Positions 13,911 to 25,879 of a DNA stretch of 64,000 nt are shown one piece after another. Within the stretch, counting starts at the first letter, position 1. Each line of letters begins with the position of its first letter. Under the pieces are notes generated by a model. That model had not been told where the DNA came from and did not search any database. It saw nothing but the letters and a program-made list of their open reading frames with translations. Source of the DNA: Felis catus (lineage: Eukaryota); the NCBI RefSeq assembly GCF_018350175.1, contig NC_058368.1:162194001-162258000 (forward strand). Direction: 5' to 3'. A program made the position numbers and the translations under genes.

Positions 13911-15458
13911 TAATTTGTATGCTTTTTAATAACACCCTGTTATAAGTAAAGATAAATGAGTATATTAGCTTATCCTAGTATTACTGAATTTCTCTCAATT
14001 CCCCTTATATTCCTAATAATTGTATCTAGCTATCCATCCATCCATATAAAGATATAGATAAGTGTATTAGTATAGATATAGATAAAATTTGCTTGAGGAC
14101 AAGAATATTTATGCCAGTTATATATTCTTTGTGAATTTTATTATTTATTATAGCATTCCTTTCTGTTTTAGTTAATGAATTTGTCTTGAATGTTTTTGCT
14201 TGTTATTTCATATTACGAAGAAATTTATTAGCATAAATTTGCCACCATCTCACTGCCAGTGTTGATATTCCTGTTACAAAGTCTGAAACCTCACACAACA
14301 TGTACATGATTTAATTATGTGTGGCTAACTTTATATAAATTTACTCTTAACACCACAGTTTACATTGTGGTAGTCTGTATTAATTACTAAGTTTTAAATA
14401 ACACTCTTTTTGATTTATTATAATCATTCTAAAAGTAGGTATTTGTTGACCAGTATTCATATGCACATATTACAAAACTGCTTGCATGTTAAGTTTTTGG
14501 AGAGATAAATTTATTGAAGGCCATAAAATGCTCTTATTATAATTATTTGGTCATATTAATTAAACACCTAAATAAGTTTGTGATAATAATTAGTGAATTT
14601 CTGAAGAAATTTGCCTCAAAAAATCAGTAGCTTTATCTTTTTCTTGTGGAAGACACTGTATAAATTATAAATGAAGAATAAAAGACTCTATCTATCAAAG
14701 ATGACATTATAATTACATCAAATATATTATTAGAAAGTCAAAATTAATTCCTCTGCATAGGGTCTATTTTCTTCTTAGTGTCATTTGTCAGCTTGGCAAC
14801 TATGAAAGGCTTTCATGATTTTCTAGCATTATCTTCTATTAAAAAGAGGAGAAAGTGAACATTTAACTTTTTCCAATAATAAATTTAGAAAATGCATCCC
14901 AATCAATAAATGGAAAAGGCAAAAAATTTCAGGAAAATGACGTGCAGTGAAGTTCATTTGAATAGTTTGACTTATGAGGAAATCAAACTTTTCCACCAGC
15001 CTTGGCTGATAATAGGAAGAATGTGTTATTAAATCTGTTTGCACTCAAAGTTTACTGTTCACAGTTTTGGTGAAAAATAAAACTTGCCAGAAAAAAATGT
15101 ATTTAAAATTTTCACCTGCTCTCTCCTAGATTTGAGTTTTTCCGAAGCAGTCCTTCTGACATGATAGTTGCATTTCCTCTGGCATGTGTAAATGTTTAAT
15201 TGGGCCAAACATTCTCAAGTAAAACACTTGGTAAGGAATAGTGAGGTGAATCATCCATGCTAAATATTTGTAGCTCTAGTCCTCATGGAGAAGTTTTCTA
15301 AATATGCACAAGTCTTTGTTAAGCCAAATAGACAAATTAAGTAACACTAATTGAAATGATAGATGTACTTAGCTACTTAAATACCAAAATTAATTGACTT
15401 ACTCTACAGGACTATGATCATCAACCAATCAAGAAAGTATATTATTATTTAATTTCCA

Positions 15459-16195
15459 GATAGACCAAAAGATCAATGGAACTAAAGAGAGAGAGAGTCA
15501 CAAAATAGAACTGTTAAATATATGGAAAGTTTTTTTTCAAAGAATAAAGGAAGTTCAGTAGAGAAATGAAATGTTTAAAAAATGGGTTGAACCAATGAGA
15601 TATCACATGTACAAAATAATCATTTTGACTCGTATTTTGCACCATGTACAAAATTAACTAAGATGTATCATAGATATAAATAAAACAGCTGGTGTTATAA
15701 AACTTCTAAAAGAAAACATCAGAAAAAATGTTTGTGATCTCAGGCAAATATGTCTTAGCTATGACACTGAAAGCACAAGTTATTAAAAAAGATAATGCAC
15801 ACTTCATGAAAACTGAAAAGTTTAATTATTTGAAAGGCACTATTAAGATAATAAAAGGTTTATTACAGACTGGGATGAAACCTATGAAAATCATATATTT
15901 GGTAAAGGACTCATATCCAAAATATGTTTAAAACATTTAAAACTTAATAGCAAGAAGGTAAACACCCTAATAAATTAATAAATAACGGGCCACATTTTTT
16001 AGGTGAAACTTCTTCAAAGAAAATATGTGAATGCAAATGAGTGAAATAAATCATGGAAACAGGCATACATATTATACCATTTACATTAAACTCTATATAG
16101 TATAATTTATAGTGTCAAAAAGCAAAACATTGGTTTCCAGGACAGTAAGAGAGATATGGGGTATAATAAGGAGAGATTACAAAGGGTATAAGGCA
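15459..16195 (+). mobile_element. Old L1 (L1MC/ME-like) ORF2 3' part and 3'UTR; resumes at ~19570
   Basis: gatagaccaaaagatcaatggaac, aaacttctaaaagaaaacat, taaaggactcatatccaaaatat. Confidence 0.75.
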
Positions 16196-16324
16196 GGGGC
16201 ACCTTGGTGACTCAATCAGTTAAGTGTCTGACTCTTGATTTCGGCTCAGGTTATGATCTCACAGTTCATGAGTTCAAGCGCTGGTCAGGCTCTGAACTGA
16301 CAGTGGGGAGCCTGCTTGGGATTG

Positions 16325-16367
<43 letters not shown>

Positions 16368-16405
16368 CTCACTTGCTCTCTCTCAAAAATAAATAAACAT
16401 TTTTT
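16196..16405 (+). mobile_element. CanSINE whose tail hosts later L1 and SINE insertions
   Basis: Outer TSD aaagggtataaggcag (16181-16196) / aaagggtgtgaggcag (19555-19570). Confidence 0.93.
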
Positions 16406-18519
16406 ATTTATTTATTTATTTATTTTGATCTTAAATATTTTTATATGAAATTTATTGACAAATTGGTTTCCATACAACACCCAGTGCTCATCCCAAAAGG
16501 TGCCCTCCTCAATACCCATCACCCACCCTCTCCTCCCTCCCACCCCCCATCAACCCTCAGTTTGTTCTCAGTTTTTAACAGTCTCTTATGCTTTGGCTCT
16601 CTCCCACTCTAACCTGTTTTTTTTTTTCCTTCCCCTCCCCCATGGGTTCCTGTTAATTTCTCAGGGTCCACATAAGAGTGAAAACATATGGTATCTGTCT
16701 TTCTCTGTATGGCTTATTTCACTTAGCATCACACTCTCCAGTTCCATCCACGTTGCTACAAAAGGCCATATTTCATTTTTTCTCATTGCCACGTAATATT
16801 CCATTGTGTATATAAACCACAATTTCTTTATCCATTCATCAGTTGATGGACATTTAGGCTCTTTCCATAATTTGGCTATTGTTGAGAGTGCTGCTATGAA
16901 CATTGGGGTACAAGTGGCCCTATGCATCAGTACTCCTGTATCCCTTGGATAAATTCCTAGCAGTGCTATTGCTGGGTCATAGGGTAGGTCTATTTTTAAT
17001 TTTCTGAGGAACCTCCACACTGCTTTCCAGAGCGGCTGCACCAATTTGCATTCCCACCAACAGTGCAAGAGGGTTCCCGTTTCTCCACATCCTCTCCAGC
17101 ATCTATAGTCTCCTGATTTGTTCATTTTGGCCACTCTGACTGGCGTGAGGTGATACCTGAGTGTGGTTTTCATTTGTATTTCCCTGATAAGGAGCGATGC
17201 TGAACATCTTTTCATGTGCCTGTTGGCCATCCGGATGTCTTCTTTAGAGAAGTGTCTATTCATGTTTTCTGCCCATTTCTTCACTGGGTTATTTGTTTTT
17301 CGGGTGTGGAGTTTGGTGAGCTCTTTATAGATTTTGGATACTAGCCCTTTGTCCGATATGTCATTTGCGAATATCTTTTCCCATTCCGTTGGTTGCCTTT
17401 TAGTTTTGTTGGTTGTTTCCTTTGCTGTGCAGAAGCTTTTTATCTTCATAAGGTCCCAGTAATTCACTTTTGCTTTTAATTCCCTTGCCTTTGGGGATGT
17501 GTCGAGTAAGAGATTGCTACGGCTGAGGTCAGAGAGGTCTTTTCCTACTTTCTCCTCTAAGGTTTTGATGGTTTTCTGTCTCACATTTAGGTCCTTTATC
17601 CATTTTGAGTTTATTTTTGTGAATGGTGTGAGAAAGTGGTCTAGTTTCAACCTTCTGCATGTTGCTGTCCAGTTCTCCCAGCACCATTTGTTAAAGAGGC
17701 TGTCTTTTTTCCATTGGATGTTCTTTCCTGCTTTGTCAAAGATGAGTTGGCCATACGTTTGTGGGTCTAGTTCTGGGGTTTCTATTCTATTCCATTGGTC
17801 TATGTGTCTGTTTTTGTGCCAATACCATGCTGTCTTGATGATGACAGTCCTTTGGCTATTCGGGGCCTTTTGTGGTTCCATATGAATTTTAGGATTGCTT
17901 GTTCTAGTTTTGAGAAGAATGCTGGTGCAATTTTGATTGGGATTGCATTGAATGTGTAGATAGCTTTGGGTAGTATTGACATTTTGACAATATTTATTTT
18001 TCCAATCCATGAGCAGGGAATGTCTTTCCATTTCTTTAAATCTTCTTCAATTTCCTTCATAAGCTTTCTATAGTTTTCAGCATACAGATCCTTTACATCT
18101 TTGGTTAGATTTATTCCTAGGTATTTTATGCTTCTTGGTGCAATTGTGAATGGGATCAGTTTCTTTATTTGTCTTTCTGTTGCTTCATTGTTAGTGTATA
18201 AGAATGCAACTGATTTCTGTACATTGATTTTGTATCCTGCAACTTTGCTGAATTCCTGTATCAGTTCTAGTAGACTTTTGGTGGAGTCTATCGGATTTTC
18301 CATGTATAATATCATGTCATCTGCAAAAAGTGAAAGCTTGACTTCATCTTTGCCAATTTGGATGCCTTTGATTTCCTTTTGTTGTCTGATTGCTGATGCT
18401 AGAACTTCCAGGACTATGTTAAACAGCAGCGGTGAGAGTGGGCATCCTTGTCGTGTTCCTGATCTCAGGGAAAAAGCTCTCAGTTTTTCCCCGTTGAGGA
18501 TGATGTTCGCTGTGGGCTT
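16406..18519 (-). mobile_element. Young 5'-truncated felid L1 (copy A)
   Basis: Intact 3'UTR and tail; ORF2 is open apart from one internal deletion. Confidence 0.97.
16661..18519 (-). pseudogene. L1 ORF2 remnant (partial RT with QGCPLSP and FADD motifs, plus the Cys-rich C-terminus), frameshifted at ~17848
   Basis: ORF track 17800..18315 and 16661..18031; manual upstream translation [41 protein letters not shown]...LFADDMILY. Confidence 0.95.
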
Positions 18520-19299
18520 TATTTTTTTATTTTTTTAATTATTTTTTATGAAGTGTATTGTCAAATTGGTTTCCATACAACACCCAGTGTTCATCCCAAC
18601 AGGTGCCCTCCTCAGTACCCATCACCCACCCCCATTAATCCTCAGTTTGTTCTCAGTTTTTAAGAGTCTCATGCTTTGGTTCTCTCCCACTCTAACCTCT
18701 TTTTTTCTTTTTTTTTTTCCTTCCCCTCCCCCAGGGGTTTCTGTTGAGTTTCTCAGGATCCACATAAGAGTGAAACTATATGGTATCTGTCTTTCTCTGT
18801 ATGGCTTATTTCACTTAGCATCACACTCTCCACTTCCATCCACGTTGCTACAAAGGACCATATTTCATTCTTTCTCATTGCCACGTAGCACTCCATTGTG
18901 TATATAAACCACAATTTCTTTATCCATTCATCAGTTGATGGACATTTAGGCTGTTTCCATAATTGGCTATTGTTGAAAGTGCTGCTATAAACATTGGGGT
19001 ACAAATGCCCCTATGCATCAGCACTTCTGTATCCCTTGGGTAAATTCCTAGCAGTGCTATTGCTGGGTCATAGGCTAGCACTATTTTTTGAGGAACCTCC
19101 ACACTGTTTTCCAGAGCAGCTGCACCAGTTTGCATTCCCACCAACAGTGCAAGAGGGTTCCCGTTTCTCCACATCCTCGCCAGCATCTATAGTCTCCTGA
19201 TTTGTTCATTGTAGCCACTCTGACTGGCGTGAGGTGATAACTGAGTGTGGTTTTGATTTGTATTTCCCTGATGAGGAGCGACATTGAGCTAATGTGCCT
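18520..19299 (-). mobile_element. Second, more diverged felid L1 3' fragment (copy B)
   Basis: Repeats the 3' ~780 bp of copy A with several indels; has its own T-rich tail at 18520-18548. Confidence 0.95.
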
Positions 19300-19314
19300 A
19301 AATAAACATTTTTT

Positions 19315-19535
19315 TTTCAACGTTTTTATTTATTTCTGGGACAGAGAGAGACAGAGCATGAACGGGGGAGGGGCAGAGAGAGAGGGAGACACAGAATCGG
19401 AAACAGGCTCCAGGCTCCAGGCTCCGAGCCATCAGCCCAGAGCCTGACGCGGGGCTCGAACTCATGGACCGCGAGATCGTGACCTGGCTGAAGTCGGACG
19501 CTTAACCGACTGCGACTGCGCCACCCAGGCGCCCC
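19315..19535 (-). mobile_element. Young felid CanSINE (SINEC_Fc-like)
   Basis: CpG-intact; flanked by taaataaacatttttt on both sides. Confidence 0.97.
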
Positions 19536-20779
19536 ATAAATAAACATTTTTTAAAAAGGGTGTGAGGCAGGTTCTTGGAGGGATGAATTTGTTCAAAATC
19601 TTGTTTACATTGATGGTTTCATGATGGGGTTAGGAAACATTCAAACGTAGAATTATTCTTGATTCATAAATTAATATAAAAATTTATGGTACGTTTGACC
19701 ATTCATCCATTAAAAGGCATCTGTGCTTTTTCCATTTTTTTTTATTATTCCAAATAAAGCAATAATGAATGTCAGTGTATGTGTTGTATGAGCATAGTTT
19801 TTCATTTCTCTGAGTGAAATGCCCTATTACAAAATTGCTGCGAATTTGGTGATTCCATGTTTAGGCTTATAGGAAATTTCTAAAGGATTTGCCAGATTGT
19901 AACATTTTACATCCTTCTCAAAGCTAGAACAACTAATATAATGCTATATGTTAACTATACTGGAATTAACATTCAAAAATAAAATTAATTAATTAATTTA
20001 AAAATAAGATTTGTATGCACTGACATAAACATATCAATCTGATATAATAGATTGGGGAAAAAACAAGAGACATGACAGTATCTTGAGTGGGAATCCATTT
20101 TATTAAAAAATGTATATATCTGCACACTAAATTATGTAGTGAACAGTATAGAATTTGCCAGCAGTCTCAAAATAGATTATTTCTAGGATTGTAATGACAA
20201 GGTTATTTTATTTTTATATATAATTTTGTATTATATATTTTATACAGTAATATCTGTTATTTGTAGTTTATCAATGAAAATGGATGTGTAAGCAATCAGT
20301 GAGTGGGGAAGCAGGGATGCCAAGAAGTAATTTAGTGATATTTGGCAGTTGGCTAACTCTTCAAAATATAAAACATAAAATCTGAAGCATTACATTCAAA
20401 ATTCCACAAAAATAAATTTCTGATAAAAAGATAAGTGGAAAAAGTTAAATGTAAAAAAAAAGCAGAAAATAGAGATGATTTATCTTTTGTGTGATACTTG
20501 GGAAAGGAGAGACTTTTAAAGCATAATTGCAAAAGTATGAATGATAAACTAAATGGTTTGAATATGTTGGGTTGAACATTTCCTTATTTTAAAAACATCA
20601 GTACAAATTAGGCAGATTATCTGAGAAAAAATGTTTTCAGAAAAATTGCAGTCATTATTATACCATAAACACTGCTAGCAAATCCATGAAAATAAGAAAA
20701 ATTCCAATATAAGAAGCAAATATGCTGAAGAAATAAAGGTATAATATGAGAGTATTTAAGCCTCGCTGAAAATAATTGA

Positions 20780-21478
20780 TCCACCAATCACACTCCTTTG
20801 TATTTATCCAAAAGGTTGAAAACTTAAGTCCAAACAAAAAAACTGCAAGTGGATGTTCATAACAGCTTTATTCATAATTGCCAAAACTTGGAAGCAACCA
20901 AGATATCCTTTAGGACATAAATGGATAAATGAACTGTGGTGCATCCAGATAACAGAATATCTTCTGTGCTAATAAGAAATGAACTATCAAGCCATGAAAA
21001 GACATACGGGAATCTTAAATACATATTACTAAGTGAATGTAGTTGATCTGAAAAAGGTACATATTGTATGATTCCAACTATATGACTTTCTGAAAAAGGT
21101 GAAACTATCACAACAATAAAAAGATCGGGCATCTGGACCTATGGGAGAAGAGATGCATAGATGGAGCATGGAGGATATTTGGGTGGTGAAAATATTTTGT
21201 ATGATACTATAATAATGGATACATGTCATCATAGTTGTCCAAGCCCATAGAATATACAACACCAGCAACGAACCCGAATGTGAACTATGGACTTTGGGTA
21301 ATTATGATGTGCTTCTACAGGTTCATCAGTTGTAACAAATGTACCACTCTGGTAGAGGATGTTGGTAATGGGAAAGCTACACATGTGTGGAGGTGGGAGA
21401 TAAATAAGAAATCTCTGTACCTTCCTCTTAATTTTTCTATGAACCTAAAATTGCTCAAAAATAAGGTCTTTAAAAATA
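20780..21478 (+). mobile_element. L1MC1-like 3' end
   Basis: ORF2 end and 3'UTR (ttcataattgccaaaacttggaagcaaccaagat ... tgtaacaaatgtaccactctggt ... aaaataaggtct). Confidence 0.85.
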
Positions 21479-22438
21479 GTTGGTAAAATTTCAGGTCATT
21501 TGTTGTACTGTTGTGATGTGAGGTATTTTAATTTCAACTTTTTCATAGAAAACTCAGTAACTTGTGTAAAAGTAATGAACTTTAAAATAAATAAGCTGAC
21601 TTTAAATGCGTAATAAGAATTGTAAACATCATGAGATAGTTTACTTACTTACCATCCAATTGGGGATATCAAATCATTTATGTCAATTTTATCTACTTAT
21701 AATTAATTGAAGATTGTTGTTCCTGGAGAAAACAGATCATGAACCTACCACTCATAAAGTGTTTTCTGTCCCTCCCTATTCTCCTCAGAACCAAATCACA
21801 ATATTTTATTCAGTGTTTTTGTGGCCAGAGTTTAATTTTCAACTCCTTAGAATGGTGGATTTTGGGATATTTTATGAGAAAAGTAACTCCAAAAAATTTC
21901 TAAAACTTGAATTTGTATCTTAAATTGACTCTTAAAATGCTTACTTATATACAGGTTTTTGTTTGCTTTGTTGTATTTCTAAACTTGTCTAAGGGAAACT
22001 CTATGTCTTATTTGAATCTCTACCAATTAGCACCATGCCTGGCACATAGGTCTTAAATGAATATTTATGGAGTGATGAATGAGTGGGTGAATAAGTGAAG
22101 GAAGTAATCATGTTAGCATATGACAGTCCTTTATTTTCTCTGTTAAGAAATGAAATTGATTAGATTTTTTTTCTTCATGACTTATAATTTTAGGGAAAAA
22201 ACAATTTCAATTATTTGGTATATAATGATTTTTTTAAGAAAATTAAGCTTGAAAATGTCACATTGAACTAGCCTGTATCCTCAAGTCATATAAATTAAAT
22301 ATTTTAGGTATCATAAGAAAAGGAGTCTTCTATGTACTTATAATCAGGGATAAAATAGCTCTTCCTAGAAAATATTATGTATGACTCCACGATAAATTTA
22401 TTCCAAGCTTCCAGTTACTCTCCTCTGCCCTGTTTCTT

Positions 22439-22441
<3 letters not shown>

Positions 22442-22488
<47 letters not shown>
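22442..22488. repeat. (CA)n microsatellite
   Basis: Perfect (AC) run of about 23 units. Confidence 0.98.
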
Positions 22489-22491
<3 letters not shown>

Positions 22492-22884
22492 GCTTTTTCT
22501 ACCACCACTTCAGGCATCTAAAAATCCAAGTGCTTTCTTGGCCCCATATTCTGCATCAAGACAATTAACTTCTATGTTGCTTTTGTGGAATCAGTTTCAA
22601 CATGTAAAGCAAATTTTGCATTTAGAGCTACAGATTTTAATCAGTGATTGTGAAACTAAACATTTATCACTTGTTAAGTTACTTTCAAGTAACAGCAAGT
22701 AGGTATAGAGAGACTTGCAGAACTTCAACCATACTTGATTTGACCACCCACACCTACACATTCCTGGGTGCATTTCAATCTCACAACAAAGGAACAAATG
22801 CTGCTGTCCATTTCTGGGAAGAAGAGAGGATAAAATGAATAGGTTCTGTGAGCACTAGCTTTTTCAGAAGCATTTGAGAAAAAT

Positions 22885-23110
22885 AACAACAATAGCAGCC
22901 AGAGATCTTGTATTGAATACTTTACATTTCAAAATTCATATAATTCTCACAACTATCCTATGAGGGATGTAGTATAATTTTCCTCATTTTTTAAATGAGG
23001 AAATGGAGATTCAGAGGTTATAACCTGATCAAGATCAAACAAATACACGGAAGACCTCAGGGCTCAGCCTAGGAATTGGACTCTTTCTGGACCAGTACAG
23101 ATATTCAGTA
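22885..23110 (-). mobile_element. MIR
   Basis: MIR core ctcattttttaaatgaggaaatggagattcagaggtta. Confidence 0.7.
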
Positions 23111-23275
23111 CCATTCAACCTCTTGTATCAAGGGTCAAACTTCCATCCTCTGCCAAAGTATAATCCAGTCCATTCCAGCTCAGCTTCCCAACACTCACAG
23201 ACACAAAGTTTATGCTTGAGGTAACATTTTTATTCAGACTGATGTATATTCATCTGCCATAAAACCTTTCTCTTA

Positions 23276-23470
23276 GGGGTGCCTGGGTGGCTCAGTCAGC
23301 CAGGTCATGATCTCATGGTTTGTGAGTTCAAGGCCCATGTCAGACTCTCCACTGACAGCACAGAGCCTGCTTGGGATTCTCTTTCGCCCCCTCTCTCTAC
23401 CTCCCCCCCGTTCTCCCTGTCTCTATACCTATCACAAAATAAATAAATAAAATTTTTAAAAACTTAAAAA
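23276..23470 (+). mobile_element. CanSINE (small internal deletion in the head)
   Basis: ggggtgcctgggtggctcagtcagccaggtcatg. Confidence 0.92.
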
Positions 23471-23487
23471 ATAGAAAGTCTGATTAG

Positions 23488-23678
23488 GATGCCTGGGTGG
23501 TTCAGTCAGTTAAGCGTCTGACTTTGGCTCAGGTCATGATCTCATAGCTTGTGAGTTTGAGTCTCTGCGCTGACAGCACAGAGCCTGGAGTTTGCTTCAA
23601 TTCTGTATCTCCTTCTCTCTCTGCCCCTACCCCGCTCACACTGTCTCTCATAAATGAACATGTTAATTTTTTTTTTTA
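23488..23678 (+). mobile_element. CanSINE
   Basis: TSD aaagtctgatta on both sides. Confidence 0.93.
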
Positions 23679-24504
23679 AAAGTCTGATTATTTCCCTTTT
23701 ATAGCCAGGAAAAGTAAATGTATTCTGATTGAAGTTATAACAATAAATTAACAATGTATTTTTTTCAAGTGCATTTACTGGACTTTGTTATAGAAATTTT
23801 ATTGTGGACTACATTTTGCTTAATCTTCATACAAATGTGTCTATGTACTCAAGTACTGGATGTTAACCTGGAAATTAATAGCTACCAAATGTAGGCCAAA
23901 CTAATTATGTGTGTTATCTGGAATAATAATCAGAAGCATTGGCCAAGATTGGTGTTCCTTTAAACATCGTTTTTATGTCCATTGCATTCTCCCTCAAATG
24001 TTTATCTTAAATAGAGGGAAACATTTTTATCATATATTTTTCCTATAATGTTTTAATGTAGCGATTCTATTGGCTTACTTATAATTTAGATAGCAGTAGG
24101 ATGAAGATAACTATCAGCCTCAGAAATATGGCCGACTAAAGAAGTTAATCTCCTTCAAACTTTGTGTTCCATAGTATAGCATCATTCTGATATCAAAAAC
24201 TACTACATGTATTCATCCATTTTGTTTTCTTCTGTTGCCATATTCAGTCAAAGTAGATGATCTAAACTTCCTTTGTTGGGCATCCCATTTGCTGAGCTTT
24301 TCTGGGCATATGACTTTTTTAGTCAGTGATTTTGCCTAGAATAACACAGAGCTTAAAGAAAAACAAATATATTTTAACAGCTACAGACTCCCATATCATA
24401 CATTCAATTTTGATTCCATGAAGTGTTGTTTTACCTTTATCATATATTTTTATCTAAGTTTGAAGAAACTTTCCTTTTATCTTATTCATACAATGAAAAA
24501 TTCT

Positions 24505-24710
24505 GTTTTAAATGTTTATTTTTGAGAGTGAGAGATACAAAGCGTGAGCAGGAGAGGAGCAGAGATAGAGAGGGAGACACAAAATCTGAAGCAGCTCCAG
24601 GTTCTGAGCTGTCAGAACAGAGCCTGACATGGGGCTCGAACTCACGAACCCATAAGATCATGACCTGAGCCAAAGTTGGACGTTTAACCAACTGAGCCAC
24701 CCAGGCACCC
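24505..24710 (-). mobile_element. CanSINE
   Basis: Reverse SINE; TSD tgaaaaatt. Confidence 0.94.
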
Positions 24711-25879
24711 TGAAAAATTATTTTTATCCAAGTGTAGCACTTTAGAATTAATTCCAGCATTTCACTATTTGGCATAAATGCTAATATTTTTATGACAGAT
24801 GTAATTGGTATTACATTGAAGATATAATTCATATTCCATGTACTTCACCTGCACTGTATAACACATAGATTCTAATTCAGTATCATGATTCAGGACACAG
24901 GTGTTTGATATTCCACTTTGCCTGTGAGTTCATGAGAAAAATATTGTGGAGAGTATCTTAATATAGAAATAGTTCAGCTCTCTGGTTTTTGTATAGGTAA
25001 TACCAACATATATTTCACATTATAGTTAGAAATTTTGACTTGAAAATTAACTTTTAATTCAAATGAGAGTGTTCTCCAAATATATCAAAATGTCTTTAAT
25101 GTTCATCCTAGAACAGCCCTAGAGATTAAACAAGATAGGAATGAAGTCTAATATTGGTGCAATAATTTATGTTTGTTTCCAAAATTTTTTATATCCATTT
25201 TAGTTGAATCAAGAAAATTATGACAATATTTTACATTAATATAGTAGTTTATATTAGTATCTAGAATGTGTTCACAGTTATTACCTCATTTGAACCTTAT
25301 TGTGAGATAAGATGGAGAGTAGATATCATCATTTGTATTTTATCACTGGATAACCTTATGGTTAGATAGCAGCCAAAATATGTTTTAAATGCATATTGTT
25401 TTCAGAGATCTTAGGTACACAAAAGTAGCAATTATAAGACTATTAGAAATCAAGAAGCATTTCAAAGTGATGATATTGACATCACAGATATTGTCTGAGA
25501 ATAAAAATAAACACATTTTCCCTATTGTAATCTCTTTGAATATGCTACTTTTCATCCCCCTATTACTGAATTCATATTTATGTCTCACATTTTTTCCTTA
25601 CTCTATTAAGAGAAAGGATTGTGTACTTTGGAATTTGTATCTTCATCTATCAAAATCACTGATATCCAGAAGATGCCTAATAAATATCTGGTTTATGACT
25701 GAATGTTCCTTTTCCAGAAACAGCCTACCTACATTCTTTCCTCTATTTCCAGTGGAAATCTACTGTCTAAAAAATTATTTGATATGTATGCCTTAATTGT
25801 ATTATATTGGAAACAAGAATTTCCATGCTGAGTCACAAATATTATCTGTCCAATGTAGTGTTGGTTGATTGAATAAGTC

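Noticed and set aside
16661..18031. 456-aa ORF as a host gene
   Set aside because: It is the L1 ORF2 C-terminus. Its first ~60 aa are an off-frame reading created by the deletion, and the element is 5'-truncated with no promoter.
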